This document shows positions 16,983-26,800 of a stretch of 35,112 nucleotides of DNA, piece by piece. Under the pieces are notes generated by a model. The model had not been told where the DNA came from. It did not search any database and saw nothing but the letters and a program-made list of their open reading frames with translations. How positions within the stretch are numbered: the stretch's first letter is position 1; each line of letters starts with the position of its first letter. Origin of the DNA: a virus (taxonomy: Duplodnaviria > Caudoviricetes). The stretch spans positions 1-35,112 of IMG/VR virus record IMGVR_UViG_3300049913_000038; one strand, given 5' to 3'. Made by a program: the position numbers and the translations under genes.

Positions 16983-17369
16983 CTAATCTTCCTTCCTTAC
17001 CTTAATCCTGTAATTCTGGGCGAGCTTCACCAGGCCCTTGTCCCATCCCATGGGTATGATCGATTGCGGTGTCCAGATGCTGATATAGAAAGTGCTTCCG
17101 ATCGTCGTGTTCGTTATGCCATCGAGCAGGTCTTCGATCGCCTGCAGCTTCGCCCTCACTGTCGAATACACGTTGCCTCTTGCCTCGACGTGCAGTCCCG
17201 GATTCATGATCTTCTTACCATCCGCGGTCCATTCAGGGGGACCGCCAGCGTATTCATCGAGATAGACGCAGTTCTCAGGAGCGTCCGGCATGAATCCGAC
17301 GAAGAGATCCGTGTCGACCGTGCCGATGGCCTCGTCCTCGAGATATTCCGCGATCTCGCTCAGCATCAT
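16983..17369 (-). CDS. Tail terminator/minor capsid family protein
   Basis: IAEYLED..DLFVGFMPDAPENC pattern; directly upstream of the tube gene. Confidence 0.75.
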   Translation of the reverse strand: MMLSEIAEYLEDEAIGTVDTDLFVGFMPDAPENCVYLDEYAGGPPEWTADGKKIMNPGLHVEARGNVYSTVRAKLQAIEDLLDGITNTTIGSTFYISIWTPQSIIPMGWDKGLVKLAQNYRIKVRKED

Positions 17370-17566
17370 CCGACCGCCTCCTTCATCGCCGCCGCGATCT
17401 TCTCGGCCAAATGCGCAGGGATCGAGGGGGCGATCCGGTTGAACGGGTCCTCCATGAACTTCGCCTTACCGCCCTGCCCGTACGGAGGATCATGCCTCGC
17501 CTGCAGGTTCTCGTGCACATACGGCGCATAGAAGACCGGACAGACGATCCTTCCGACGACCTTCAC
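17366..17566 (-). CDS. HK97-gp10-like tail component, C-terminal half
   Basis: YAPYVHE..GKAKFMEDP motif. Confidence 0.65.
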   Translation of the reverse strand: MKVVGRIVCPVFYAPYVHENLQARHDPPYGQGGKAKFMEDPFNRIAPSIPAHLAEKIAAAMKEAVG

Positions 17567-17778
17567 GGTTCCACCACCGGTTCTTCGGCCTTGATGTTCC
17601 TCCGCATGTGCCCGCTCTTGTGCGGGCTCTCGCCCTTCATCTCCGTCTCCATCTCGAGTTCCTTCTCGTAGAGGCCCGTCCTCACCGCCTCGACGATCAC
17701 GTTCTCGAGCTTCGGCCCGAGCTGCTCGAGGACCTTGTCGATCCCTTCCACCCTCATCTCGATGAAGACACCGGGCAT
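17563..17778 (-). CDS. HK97-gp10-like tail component, N-terminal half
   Basis: VEGIDKVLEQL..SPHKSGHMRRNI (variant of PVxTGxLRxSI). Confidence 0.65.
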   Translation of the reverse strand: MPGVFIEMRVEGIDKVLEQLGPKLENVIVEAVRTGLYEKELEMETEMKGESPHKSGHMRRNIKAEEPVVEP

Positions 17779-18083
17779 CAGGCGTACACCACCTTGTAGA
17801 TCGCGCGGCCCTTGTCGTCGTAGACCGTGCCGAAATCGATGATCTCCGGCGTGCTGGAATCGGGGAGGGTTATCTGGCTCGTCACGGCGATTTCAGTCGT
17901 CGGGCTGAGATATATCCGGGCGGTCGATGCGACCTGCTGACCGTCCTTCGCGATCGTCATTCGCCGGCGAAACTCGACGCGGGCCGCGGCCTTTATCGAT
18001 GCGCCATAGGCAGGCCGTCCTTCCGAGAACCCGGTCCTCGCCGCGATCCGAACCGTCTGATTGAGGAAGCCCCGAACGCTCAC
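17778..18083 (-). CDS. Head closure/head-tail joining protein
   Basis: 101 aa beta-rich protein, ARVE..DGQQVASTARIY; position after the adaptor. Confidence 0.7.
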   Translation of the reverse strand: MSVRGFLNQTVRIAARTGFSEGRPAYGASIKAAARVEFRRRMTIAKDGQQVASTARIYLSPTTEIAVTSQITLPDSSTPEIIDFGTVYDDKGRAIYKVVYA

Positions 18084-18511
18084 TCGACATCCTCCTCTCC
18101 ACTCGTGTACTTCGGGGTCGCGGACTGATCGAGTTGCATCGGAGCCATCGCATGGTCCGTCCGCTCCTGCTCCTCGACAGTATCGGAGCTGGAAGAGGGT
18201 CCTGATTGAAGTAGGAGGACCGAACGGTACTCGATGAGATACGAGGTCGCTCCGGACTCCTTTGAATAGGAATAGTCGCCGATGCTCTCGCTCTTCATCG
18301 CACCGCGTCCGAGCGCGACCGACTCGTAGAGATGACAGATGAGAAGGGCGTGGGCGTGATCATAGAGCGTGGAATCCAGCCCGGGATCCTCCTTGTCGAG
18401 GATCGCTTTGGCGACCGCGCTGAGGCGTGTGAAGACGGCCTTCGTGAACTCCGTCTCGTCGTCCACTTCGAAGGGTGATATCTCCGCTATCATCGCCGCC
18501 GTGACCGTCAT
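18080..18511 (-). CDS. Head-tail adaptor protein
   Basis: AHALLICHL..KSESIGDYSYS motif; directly after MCP. Confidence 0.8.
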   Translation of the reverse strand: MTVTAAMIAEISPFEVDDETEFTKAVFTRLSAVAKAILDKEDPGLDSTLYDHAHALLICHLYESVALGRGAMKSESIGDYSYSKESGATSYLIEYRSVLLLQSGPSSSSDTVEEQERTDHAMAPMQLDQSATPKYTSGEEDVE

Positions 18512-18591
18512 GCCCGCACCAGGTGAAAGTGTGCGCCGGACTGCCCCCGACGCTGGGCGATTTTATGACGAAAAAGTATCGTCCAAAGGGT

Positions 18592-19425
18592 TTAGGTTAT
18601 GACGCCCGTCAGGACGTAGGCCGCCATGTTGAGGCTGCCGGATGTCTTCAGTATCGGTGCGATGCACTGCCTGAACACATCGATCTGCCAGATCTCTCCG
18701 CCATCTATGAGGTCCTCTTGCCTGACCTTCACGGGTCCGACCCCATAGCATGCCGCAGGCGCAGCCGAAGCACCGACGATGACCGTCTTCACTGTCGGCC
18801 ACGAGGACACATAGATGTCCAGATTGAAGCCTGGCACTTTCGCCAATGCCCCAGCCTTGTCGCTCGGTGGCATCGAAGTCCCGGTGATGTCCGCGTTCCC
18901 GCAATAGATCGCCCAGACCGCAGGGGGCATCACGCAGAAGTCCGCCTTGTATGGCCTGAGGGCCGCTACCGCCGTCGCGATGTCTGCGAGAGGATGACCC
19001 GTATTCCATACTGCCACTGCCGCACCCGTCTGTGGGCTTGTCTGCAAAGCGGTTACGACCTTCTTGTCCAGTATGTATGCGAGCCTCGACGCTGCCGCGT
19101 TCTTCTGAAGTGCAAGTGGATCGCCCACCTTGCTTTTGTATCTCGTTTCGTCGGAGACTCCCAACTTGACCCTGTCCTTCTTCAGGTCGAAGGCCACATA
19201 GGAGAAGTCTCCATCGGCCACATCGGAGTGCTCCCACTCCTTCAGATCCTCGTCGCCTGCCGGGACCGTCTGTATCGGGATGTTCGCCGTCAGTTCTGGA
19301 ACTTGTACCTGCTGACAGAGTCCCACGAGGTTGCTCACATCAAGCATCTTTGTCAAGAGGCCGAGCACGATGTTCTTCGCATCGAGCGAGCCTGAGATGT
19401 CCGTTGCTGATATTATCCCTCCCAT
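18592..19425 (-). CDS. Major capsid protein (HK97 fold inferred)
   Basis: 277 aa, GGGGTGA RBS, located between decoration and adaptor genes; VSDE..AASRLAYILDKKVV spine-helix pattern. Confidence 0.8.
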   Translation of the reverse strand: MGGIISATDISGSLDAKNIVLGLLTKMLDVSNLVGLCQQVQVPELTANIPIQTVPAGDEDLKEWEHSDVADGDFSYVAFDLKKDRVKLGVSDETRYKSKVGDPLALQKNAAASRLAYILDKKVVTALQTSPQTGAAVAVWNTGHPLADIATAVAALRPYKADFCVMPPAVWAIYCGNADITGTSMPPSDKAGALAKVPGFNLDIYVSSWPTVKTVIVGASAAPAACYGVGPVKVRQEDLIDGGEIWQIDVFRQCIAPILKTSGSLNMAAYVLTGVIT

Positions 19426-19426
19426 C

Positions 19427-19810
19427 TCACATCACCCCGACATAGATGGTCCCCTGACCACCGCTTGCGAACGCTGTCAACGCTGTCCCGACGACAGTGT
19501 ATGCCACAGTCGTTTCGCTGATCGTTCCCGCATCCACGACGAATCCGGTCGTACCGGCAATCACTAGAGCGCCCTTCGCTATCGCCGCCGCGGTCGCCTT
19601 GACCTCGACAGGACCTTTGATGACGACGCGGACCAACTCTGCCGCACCTGCCGCCGCATCAAGAGCCACGCCGAACTTACCACAGTCGGCAGTCGTGACA
19701 GGGTCCCAGAACCCGTCGCTCTCGATGTGAACAACGTCGCCCTTCACGATGGCGACGCCCGATGTCACCTCGATTACGATGCACTCTCCTTTCAGATCTC
19801 CCGAAGCCAT
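19427..19810 (-). CDS. Capsid decoration/cement protein
   Basis: AIVKGDVV..GVALDAA..GPVEV..AIAKGALV..VVGTAL pattern; ATG 19810. Confidence 0.75.
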   Translation of the reverse strand: MASGDLKGECIVIEVTSGVAIVKGDVVHIESDGFWDPVTTADCGKFGVALDAAAGAAELVRVVIKGPVEVKATAAAIAKGALVIAGTTGFVVDAGTISETTVAYTVVGTALTAFASGGQGTIYVGVM

Positions 19811-19814
19811 TGTC

Positions 19815-21092
19815 TCACTCGCTCCTTGCCCTCTTGTCGAGGATCTCGACCGAAGGGACTCCCATCTTGGCGAATTCAGCGTCGACATCCGGCTTGGTCC
19901 CGCTGCCCGCGGTGAAGGCCACGCCTTCCTCTCTCGTCCCGGCCTTCTGCTTGAAGCTGAGGAGCTTCTCGTAGAACGCGTCCTTGTCGCCTTCGTAGAG
20001 GGCCCTTGTCTCCTTCTCCTTGTCCGCGTGCACGAGTCCCGGAGGGCACTTCGCTTTCATCGCGGCCCATCTCTCGTCCGCCTGTTTCGCCCTGAACTCT
20101 GCGAGTTCTCCCTGCACCTTCGCGATCTCGGCGTCCTTCGCCTTGATCGCATCCCGCAGATTGCCCACCTCGGCGTCCTTGGAGGCGAGCTTGTGATTGA
20201 GCTCTTCCGTCTCCTTTGCCGCCGAGGCGAGCTTCTGCTCGTACTCCTTTTCGTTCATGGTTGTTTCTCCATTCCCTTCTGACGTTTCTCCATCCGCGGA
20301 TCGCCCCTGATTCGATATCAGCCGCGCGACCCAGCGCTTGAGCTTGTCTATCAACTCTATACCCTCCTCCTCACCCGTTCCCTGCTTCTTGTTGAGAATG
20401 AACGTTCCAGGATCGCCGGGCTGATCCTTCGGCGTCTCTTCGAATAGCAGGATATGATTCGGCTCGACCGGTCCGACCGTCCTCCGATTCTCGTCGAAGT
20501 TGCAGCTGAACGCGGTAGAAAGAGAGAGTCTGCCCTCCTGCCACAGCTTATCTGCTTCCGCGTCGTCGAAGTCGAGCTGCCCCATCAGTCTCGGGTGCCC
20601 GGTCGTCTCGACCCTCGCATCCGCGACCGCGCCGACAAGGCGGCCGCCGATCTTCTCGATCTCCTTGAGGAGATCCTTCGTGAGCCTGATCTGATCGGGG
20701 TGGTCCTTCGCGAAGATCAAGGGGATGCCGTTCCACTTGTCGACCGACGCGGCGAATGAGTCCGCCGCCAGATAGGTCTTATTGACCCAGCGGTCCAGCG
20801 TCTGCATTAGCGCGTCGTGGAGCTTGTTCTGCGCCTGCGCCGCCTCTTCGAAAGAGTAGTCAGTGACCCCATTATCCTTCAGCCAGGTCTTCGCTTCGGC
20901 CGGTGTGAACTGGTCCTTCGGGAAGCGGTAGGCCTGGATCGTCGTGGTCGTCTCGCCCTTCAATCGTCCGATGATGGCGAAAACATCAGGGTTTTCAGCC
21001 TTGCTTTTCGGGAGTCGTATCGTGCGAAATGATCCCTCTTCAAAATCGGCGGGGTCCCGTACGCGCGCCGAATGATAGTTCGGATATGGCAT
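19815..21092 (-). CDS. Prohead protease-scaffold fusion
   Basis: WNGIPLIFAKDHP..LSLSTAF..PNHILL protease-like core plus C-terminal coiled coil; position upstream of the capsid genes. Confidence 0.75.
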   Translation of the reverse strand: MPYPNYHSARVRDPADFEEGSFRTIRLPKSKAENPDVFAIIGRLKGETTTTIQAYRFPKDQFTPAEAKTWLKDNGVTDYSFEEAAQAQNKLHDALMQTLDRWVNKTYLAADSFAASVDKWNGIPLIFAKDHPDQIRLTKDLLKEIEKIGGRLVGAVADARVETTGHPRLMGQLDFDDAEADKLWQEGRLSLSTAFSCNFDENRRTVGPVEPNHILLFEETPKDQPGDPGTFILNKKQGTGEEEGIELIDKLKRWVARLISNQGRSADGETSEGNGETTMNEKEYEQKLASAAKETEELNHKLASKDAEVGNLRDAIKAKDAEIAKVQGELAEFRAKQADERWAAMKAKCPPGLVHADKEKETRALYEGDKDAFYEKLLSFKQKAGTREEGVAFTAGSGTKPDVDAEFAKMGVPSVEILDKRARSE

Positions 21093-21151
21093 CAGCGCAC
21101 CCCGTGACGGTACTCTAGAGCAGTCGCTCGCATTGATTCAGTTGAGACAGG

Positions 21152-21166
21152 GCTGATATTTCAATC
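21152..21166 (-). promoter_or_regulatory. Candidate late promoter motif GATTGAAATATCAGC
   Basis: Identical 15-mer at 30043-30057; both intergenic and about 60 nt upstream of structural genes. Confidence 0.65.
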
Positions 21167-21205
21167 GGAAAGGGAAGATGGAGGGAGGATTTCGCCGGTG
21201 AAAGG

Positions 21206-21862
21206 TCAGTACTCGACGATCGGACCGAAGGCCCTCACGCAATTCGGATGCTCGAGTTCATTCATCATCGCGTCCTCGATACTCCATTCCTGGCCGTTTG
21301 CTCGTATGCATGCGTCGCACGAGTTCGGCCCCTCGTCGTCGAAGACCTTGACCCTTTTCACGCCGGCGGCGATGAACCGCTCGAGGCTGCCGACGTTGAG
21401 GATCCTACCGGTCTCGGTCCTCGCGACCATGGAGGCGTGCGACTTGCGTTGACCGAAATACTCCTGCAGCTCCGCCGCGATCGAATCCTTGGGATATGTC
21501 CCGATGCCGGTCTCCTTGATCCCCGTCGCCTTCCCGTCCTTGAGGCCTTGGTCGATGATGTCGTAGATCTTCGCTCGCTGCTCTGCGCTCATGTCGCTCA
21601 GCCATGGAACCTTCTTCCCGCCGATGATGGACGCGCCCTCGTTCACGAGCAGATCGCGATATCGCTGAGCGTAGGCGATCCCTGCCCTCTCGGCGTCGTC
21701 CCCGCCGGCAGCTGCATCCTCGGGACGCAGGCCCAGGGACATGTACGCCATGAGATTGCCGAGCAGGTATGACTTCGCAGCGCCTTCCTGCAGCAGAGAT
21801 ATGAGATCTCTTCGCAGCTCCTCGAGGGCGCGTTCGATCGCGCTGCGCGTCTTCGGGTCCAA
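21206..21862 (-). CDS. Mu gpF/SPP1 gp7-like head morphogenesis protein
   Basis: VARTETGRILN..CDACIRANG..HPNCVRAF. Confidence 0.88.
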   Translation of the reverse strand: MDPKTRSAIERALEELRRDLISLLQEGAAKSYLLGNLMAYMSLGLRPEDAAAGGDDAERAGIAYAQRYRDLLVNEGASIIGGKKVPWLSDMSAEQRAKIYDIIDQGLKDGKATGIKETGIGTYPKDSIAAELQEYFGQRKSHASMVARTETGRILNVGSLERFIAAGVKRVKVFDDEGPNSCDACIRANGQEWSIEDAMMNELEHPNCVRAFGPIVEY

Positions 21863-21863
21863 C

Positions 21864-22016
21864 TCATTCCTCCCGGACCTCGACGGCCTGCACGCCGCTC
21901 CCGCCGCAGCAAGGACAGGTGATCGCGGCGACCGTATCCGCCGTCCCGTAGGGCGGGTCGACGTATCCCTTGCCCTCGCAGGAGGAGCAGAGGATCTTCA
22001 TCATGTACTGCTTCAA
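21864..22016 (-). CDS. Small DnaJ-type (CxxCxGxG) zinc-finger protein
   Basis: CSSCEGKG..CPCCGGSG; start TTG 22016 (overlaps portal stop) or ATG 22004. Confidence 0.7.
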   Translation of the reverse strand: MKQYMMKILCSSCEGKGYVDPPYGTADTVAAITCPCCGGSGVQAVEVREE

Positions 22017-23464
22017 GAGGATCCCGTCCCCTCGCTCCGCAGGGCTGCGATGACCTTCTTCGCCCCCTTTTCGTAGATCGCGTGGAGGTTCTCCTCGAGC
22101 TGCCTTTCCTCCTCGGTCGGTGCGTGCTCCTTGAACCCGCAGGAGGTCATGCCCTGGAAGCCGAAGGGCGTCGTCGGCTGCGGCGCCGGCGAGACCTTCG
22201 TCCACTCCTCGATCATCGCGGCGATCTCCTCGTCGGTCAATGCGAGCTCCCCGAGCTTCGCGCGGACCTCGTTCACCGTGAGGACCCGCGTCTGCCATCC
22301 CACCTGCGCCTGCTTCACCTCGAGGTCCCCGACGCCGAGGTTCGTCGAGCCGATGTGGATCCTGACCGTGTAACCCTCATATCCGTTCGCGTCGAGATAG
22401 ACCTGGAGCAGCCTCTCGAACTGGTCCTCGATCCAGAAGCGCTGCGCCTTGATGTACGAGTCGTAGAGCTGCTTCTCCGCGGCGGCGTTGCCCCCTATGA
22501 CGTTGCCCTCTTTCTGCAGCGGCTGGTTCGGGGAGAAGTAATCCCGGATGCGGTTGCGGAGGACCTCGATCGTGTTCAGCGAGACCTCGCTGTCCTTGAA
22601 GTCGAGCATCACGATCTCCATGTTGTCCCGCAGCTGATACGCGGATCCTTTCCCCCAATTCTTGAGGATCTCGTTCGCGTAGGCGATGTCGTCCCGCTTC
22701 TGGGCCTTGTTGACGACCGGATTGTTGATCTTGATGAACATGACCGGCGCCCCGACGCGGTTCACCTTCTGCATCTGAGCCTGCCAGCTGAAGTTGAGCA
22801 TGGTGACCAGGGGAACGAGCGACAGGATGGCGCTCGTGCCGGCGAGCTCGGTGCTCGAGGGATCCTTGATCATGACGACGTCCTTCACCTGCTTCGGCTC
22901 GAGCGACAACGGGTCCTGCATCTGCCAGAACTCCACCTGCTTCGCATCGTTCAGCACGATGCCGGGCAGGATCTCGGAATAGGTGTACTGTACCTTCGAC
23001 GGCGCCTGCCTGAATGTCTCGGGCGGAAGGCGCCGCAGCTTCTGCAGCCAATATTCCCCGCCGGCCGAACCTTCCGGGACCGGTTGGAGAGTCACGGGAT
23101 CGACCTTCGTCCAAACGGGATTGAAGAGCGCCGGGCCCCAGTGTACTGTATCCTTCCAGCCAACCCTCGTCGCGCTCCAAAGGTTGACGTCGTTCTGCTC
23201 GCACATCTGCCAGAGACGGGCCGCTATCTCATCGTCTGAGTCTCCGTTCTTGTCTATGACCTCGATGTCGAGATCGTCCCCGAAGATCTGATGCTGCAGG
23301 CGGTCGATCGGCTCCTTCAGATAGTTGTTGCCGATGCTGTCCTTGATCTTGTCGGCGTCGATCCTCGGCTTCTCGTAGTAGGTCCCGGCCGCCGAGACGT
23401 AAACGACGCCTTCCTCGACGGTCGCGACCTTTTTCGTTGATTCTTGACTGGTCTTCTTCGGCAT
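22013..23464 (-). CDS. Portal protein
   Basis: 483 aa, immediately upstream of the Mu-F-like gene; C-terminal LTVNEVRAKLG motif; GGGGTGA RBS. Confidence 0.85.
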   Translation of the reverse strand: MPKKTSQESTKKVATVEEGVVYVSAAGTYYEKPRIDADKIKDSIGNNYLKEPIDRLQHQIFGDDLDIEVIDKNGDSDDEIAARLWQMCEQNDVNLWSATRVGWKDTVHWGPALFNPVWTKVDPVTLQPVPEGSAGGEYWLQKLRRLPPETFRQAPSKVQYTYSEILPGIVLNDAKQVEFWQMQDPLSLEPKQVKDVVMIKDPSSTELAGTSAILSLVPLVTMLNFSWQAQMQKVNRVGAPVMFIKINNPVVNKAQKRDDIAYANEILKNWGKGSAYQLRDNMEIVMLDFKDSEVSLNTIEVLRNRIRDYFSPNQPLQKEGNVIGGNAAAEKQLYDSYIKAQRFWIEDQFERLLQVYLDANGYEGYTVRIHIGSTNLGVGDLEVKQAQVGWQTRVLTVNEVRAKLGELALTDEEIAAMIEEWTKVSPAPQPTTPFGFQGMTSCGFKEHAPTEEERQLEENLHAIYEKGAKKVIAALRSEGTGSS

Positions 23465-23468
23465 GTCA

Positions 23469-23816
23469 TCACCCCAACTTCGGCAGGATGGTCATGTAGC
23501 CGGTCGTAACGGTGTAGATATCCCCGCCGTTCGTGATCTTCGCTCCGTGGAAATACTTGTTAGGTAGAATCGCTGTGGTGTCGGCGGGGTCCAGATGAAC
23601 GACGCAGAGGCCGTGGGTCGGGTCGGTGATCACGATATCGGTCGGCGTCGTTTTGTGAATGATCGCTGTCAACGAATCGGCGCTCTCCTTCAGATACCAA
23701 TCAATCGTCGCCCCGGTCAGATTGACATCCGTCCCATCTGGATTGTTGACCTCGATTTCGATGTCGCAGTTGTCTCCCGCCACCATGTCCTCGATATCCT
23801 GTCCCGTCAATACCAT
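23469..23816 (-). CDS. BppU-N-like (baseplate upper/fibre-associated) Ig-fold protein
   Basis: GD..I.V.NPDGTDVNLTGATI..G.C.V.L.PADT pattern. Confidence 0.65.
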   Translation of the reverse strand: MVLTGQDIEDMVAGDNCDIEIEVNNPDGTDVNLTGATIDWYLKESADSLTAIIHKTTPTDIVITDPTHGLCVVHLDPADTTAILPNKYFHGAKITNGGDIYTVTTGYMTILPKLG

Positions 23817-23828
23817 ACGTTTGCCTCC

Positions 23829-26800
23829 TTACTCCTTCAGTCCTTGTTGCCAGTATTTCTTAGTTTCCCGTCCCTGAGCGTCCTTCTTCTCGGTCTCGCC
23901 TTCGAGGTCCTCGTCCCGACGCTCTCCCTTGATATGCTGCTCCGGCGGCGTCTGCCCGTCGACATCGGCGGCCGTGAGCTCACCTCTCAGTCTCCGAAGG
24001 ACCACGATGCCCGTCCGGACGCGGGTGACGACTTCTGAGAGGGAGATGCTGTCCGAGGTGAGCAGTTGCTTTGTGAGCGCGATCAATTCTGCGGAAAGTA
24101 GAAGATCATCTGAGATCGGGAAAGACCTGAAAGGACGAGACTCTTCATCGAGCAAGCCTGTCGATTCGAGAATGACGACGGCCTTGTTTCGTAGGACGCT
24201 CTCCTCATATTCTGCTCTGATCTCGCTCGCTGTTCTTGCGATCTTCGAGATTGAGACTTCATCAATGTACCCATCATAGAACTGGTCAGCGATATACCAT
24301 CCCGGAGGGTCATGCCATACCCAGTCTGCCCCGATCAATAACGGTTGTCCAGAAGCACTATTTGAGATGTTTCTGGTCGCTGGACCATACATGATGCCAT
24401 TCTTGTAGAACCAGACATCAGGCTTTTTGAAGACGATTGCGATATGTTGCCATTGATTTAGTTCAACCGTAGTTGGAGCCCAACCCATCCATCCTGCCAT
24501 TTCCACAAGGAAGTAAGAGCCACTTGTCTTCAACCCCCATGAACCCCAAGGCCAGCCCTTGTCGATGATGCCCTTATCGGAGGATTTCGGATAGACCCAC
24601 ATTGAGATAGTCAGTTCATCTGCGAGTGTGAGATCAGACTTGTCATCAATCTGTATGTAATCATCAATCGCGTCGAAGAATGTCGCTCCTCCACTGATCG
24701 CCTTGTCTGCCTCACCTGCTCTGACCCCTCCATTCTCAGTCCCATCATGCCCCAATCCAGTGAGGTCTTTCAATAGACCTCCAGCCGTCAGCGTTTCCAT
24801 GTTTGTCGCAAGGATGAGATTAGGGTCTGAGTAGTCTTTCGGAGAGGAGAGACGAATGCCTTCGTAGAGAATCAGATTCTTATCAAGTCGTCCTTGGTCG
24901 CTGAGAAGCATCGCATCAACAATCAATTGTGCCTTTCCAGAGAGTGCGAGGTCTTGAAGACCAATCTGATCTTGAGCAATCACTCCTTTTGAGAGAAGGA
25001 TGGCATCAAGGGTCTGAAGGACATCTTGCACGAAGGCGGTTTTGTTAACTAATTTCGAGTCCGCGAGGGCGAGTGCATCCATGACAATCATCAGCAATTT
25101 ATCTCTACTCGTCTGATCTGAGAGAATGATACTATCAGAGGCAATCGTCAGGTCCTTGTCCGTCTTTGGACCATCAGCCATGCCAATTGACTCGCTAATT
25201 GTAATGTATCGAGTCTTGAGTCCTTGGTCGTCAATCGTTATTGAATCTTGAATTGGAATCAAGGTCTTATCCCTTAGGCCTACATCTGAGAGAGTGATGG
25301 ACTCAATGATGAGTCCAGTCATCAATTTTACGAGAGCGTCAGTCAACCCAATCGAATCGAGTTCAACGACTTCCTTTCCTCGATAGTCAGCGTCAGTCAG
25401 GTAGAGGTTTTCGAGTATCGTCAATGCTTTGTCCCTCGTTCCTGAATCTAAGAGCGCGATCGAGTCGAGTATCGTCTTGAACTTCTGGACTGGAGCCTCG
25501 TCTGAAAGACCAATGGCATCGGTGATGTAGATGAGTAGGGTCTTCAGGACATTGACGACATCCACGACCCCGATCGAATCTGTCTCGACGACCTCCTTTC
25601 CTCTGAATATGGCATCGACAAGTCCGATAGCGTCTGCGGTCGTCGTCGGGGTCTTTCCGACCAGGACGGAGTCGGCCAGACCAATCGCGTCCAAGACGGT
25701 CTGAGCAACGGCCGTGACGAGGTTTGCGACATCTGTGAGGACCATCGAATCGAGTGTGAATTTCTGAACGACTGAGGGAAGATTGAGGAGGTAGGCATAG
25801 TTGTAGTAGGAGCTATGCGCCAGAGATGCCCACACATCGTAAGTTCCGCAGTTTCGTTCGGCGGCGAGATATGCCCACCATCCAGAAGCCCACGATGAGA
25901 ACTGGACCTTAGAGATATAGGGCGCTTCCCCAGTCATTCCTACATACCTCGAATAAGAATAACTCGAGGCATTATAATACGCGAAGAACGCAAGTTGCCT
26001 GTCGCATCTCTTATCGACTGAGATTCCCACTGTAACATCAGACCAAGAAGACCCGTCTCCGGTATCTGGTGCTGTCGCCACCGTCTTGATCGTACCGACG
26101 ACCCCATTGGCGATTCTGACATACTTGATCCCTTGACCAGTCGCTCCATAGACCCACACGACATAGATGTTGCCATTGTCGTCAGAACTCGCAGACCAAG
26201 CGTTAGGACCGTAGAGGTCAGAGCAGACGAGCCCGACGTTCTGAAGGCTCCCTCCCGAGTAATGCTTCATGCGAATCGAGTACGAACCCGCTGTCGTCCC
26301 GGTCACATAGAGGATGGCTGCCTTGACAGTCGAGCCGTTGCAGTTCAGGATCTTCATGGCGGAGCAGTTGCCGTTCGAGTTATCGACTATGATGTTGCTC
26401 CCGAAACTGCCCCATGTCGCCGAGCTCTTGACCTTCGGATACTTGTCGCCGGATCCTCCGCTCGTCTCGATGAATCCTAGCCAAAAGGTCGAATCGGCGT
26501 AGGCGCAACAGACTTCGCTCTGGACCTCGCCGGCATTGGAGTAGGCTGAGGTCTGTCCTGACCAAGTGATATAGATCGCAGGAGCGCCGGGATACGCAGG
26601 AGTCCCTGTCCTGATGTAGATCGTCGTCCCAGTCAAGAACGCAGTTCGCCATCTCAGATTGACCGAATCCCAGAAGACATCGTCCTTCTTGTCGTCGCCA
26701 GCCCCGACTCCGTGGTCGTCGATCAAACCGTAAGTCGTCGATGTATCTGTCCCATAGAAGTCTGGAGAGGAAGTGTGTTTGAAGTACCGTCCATCGTGGC

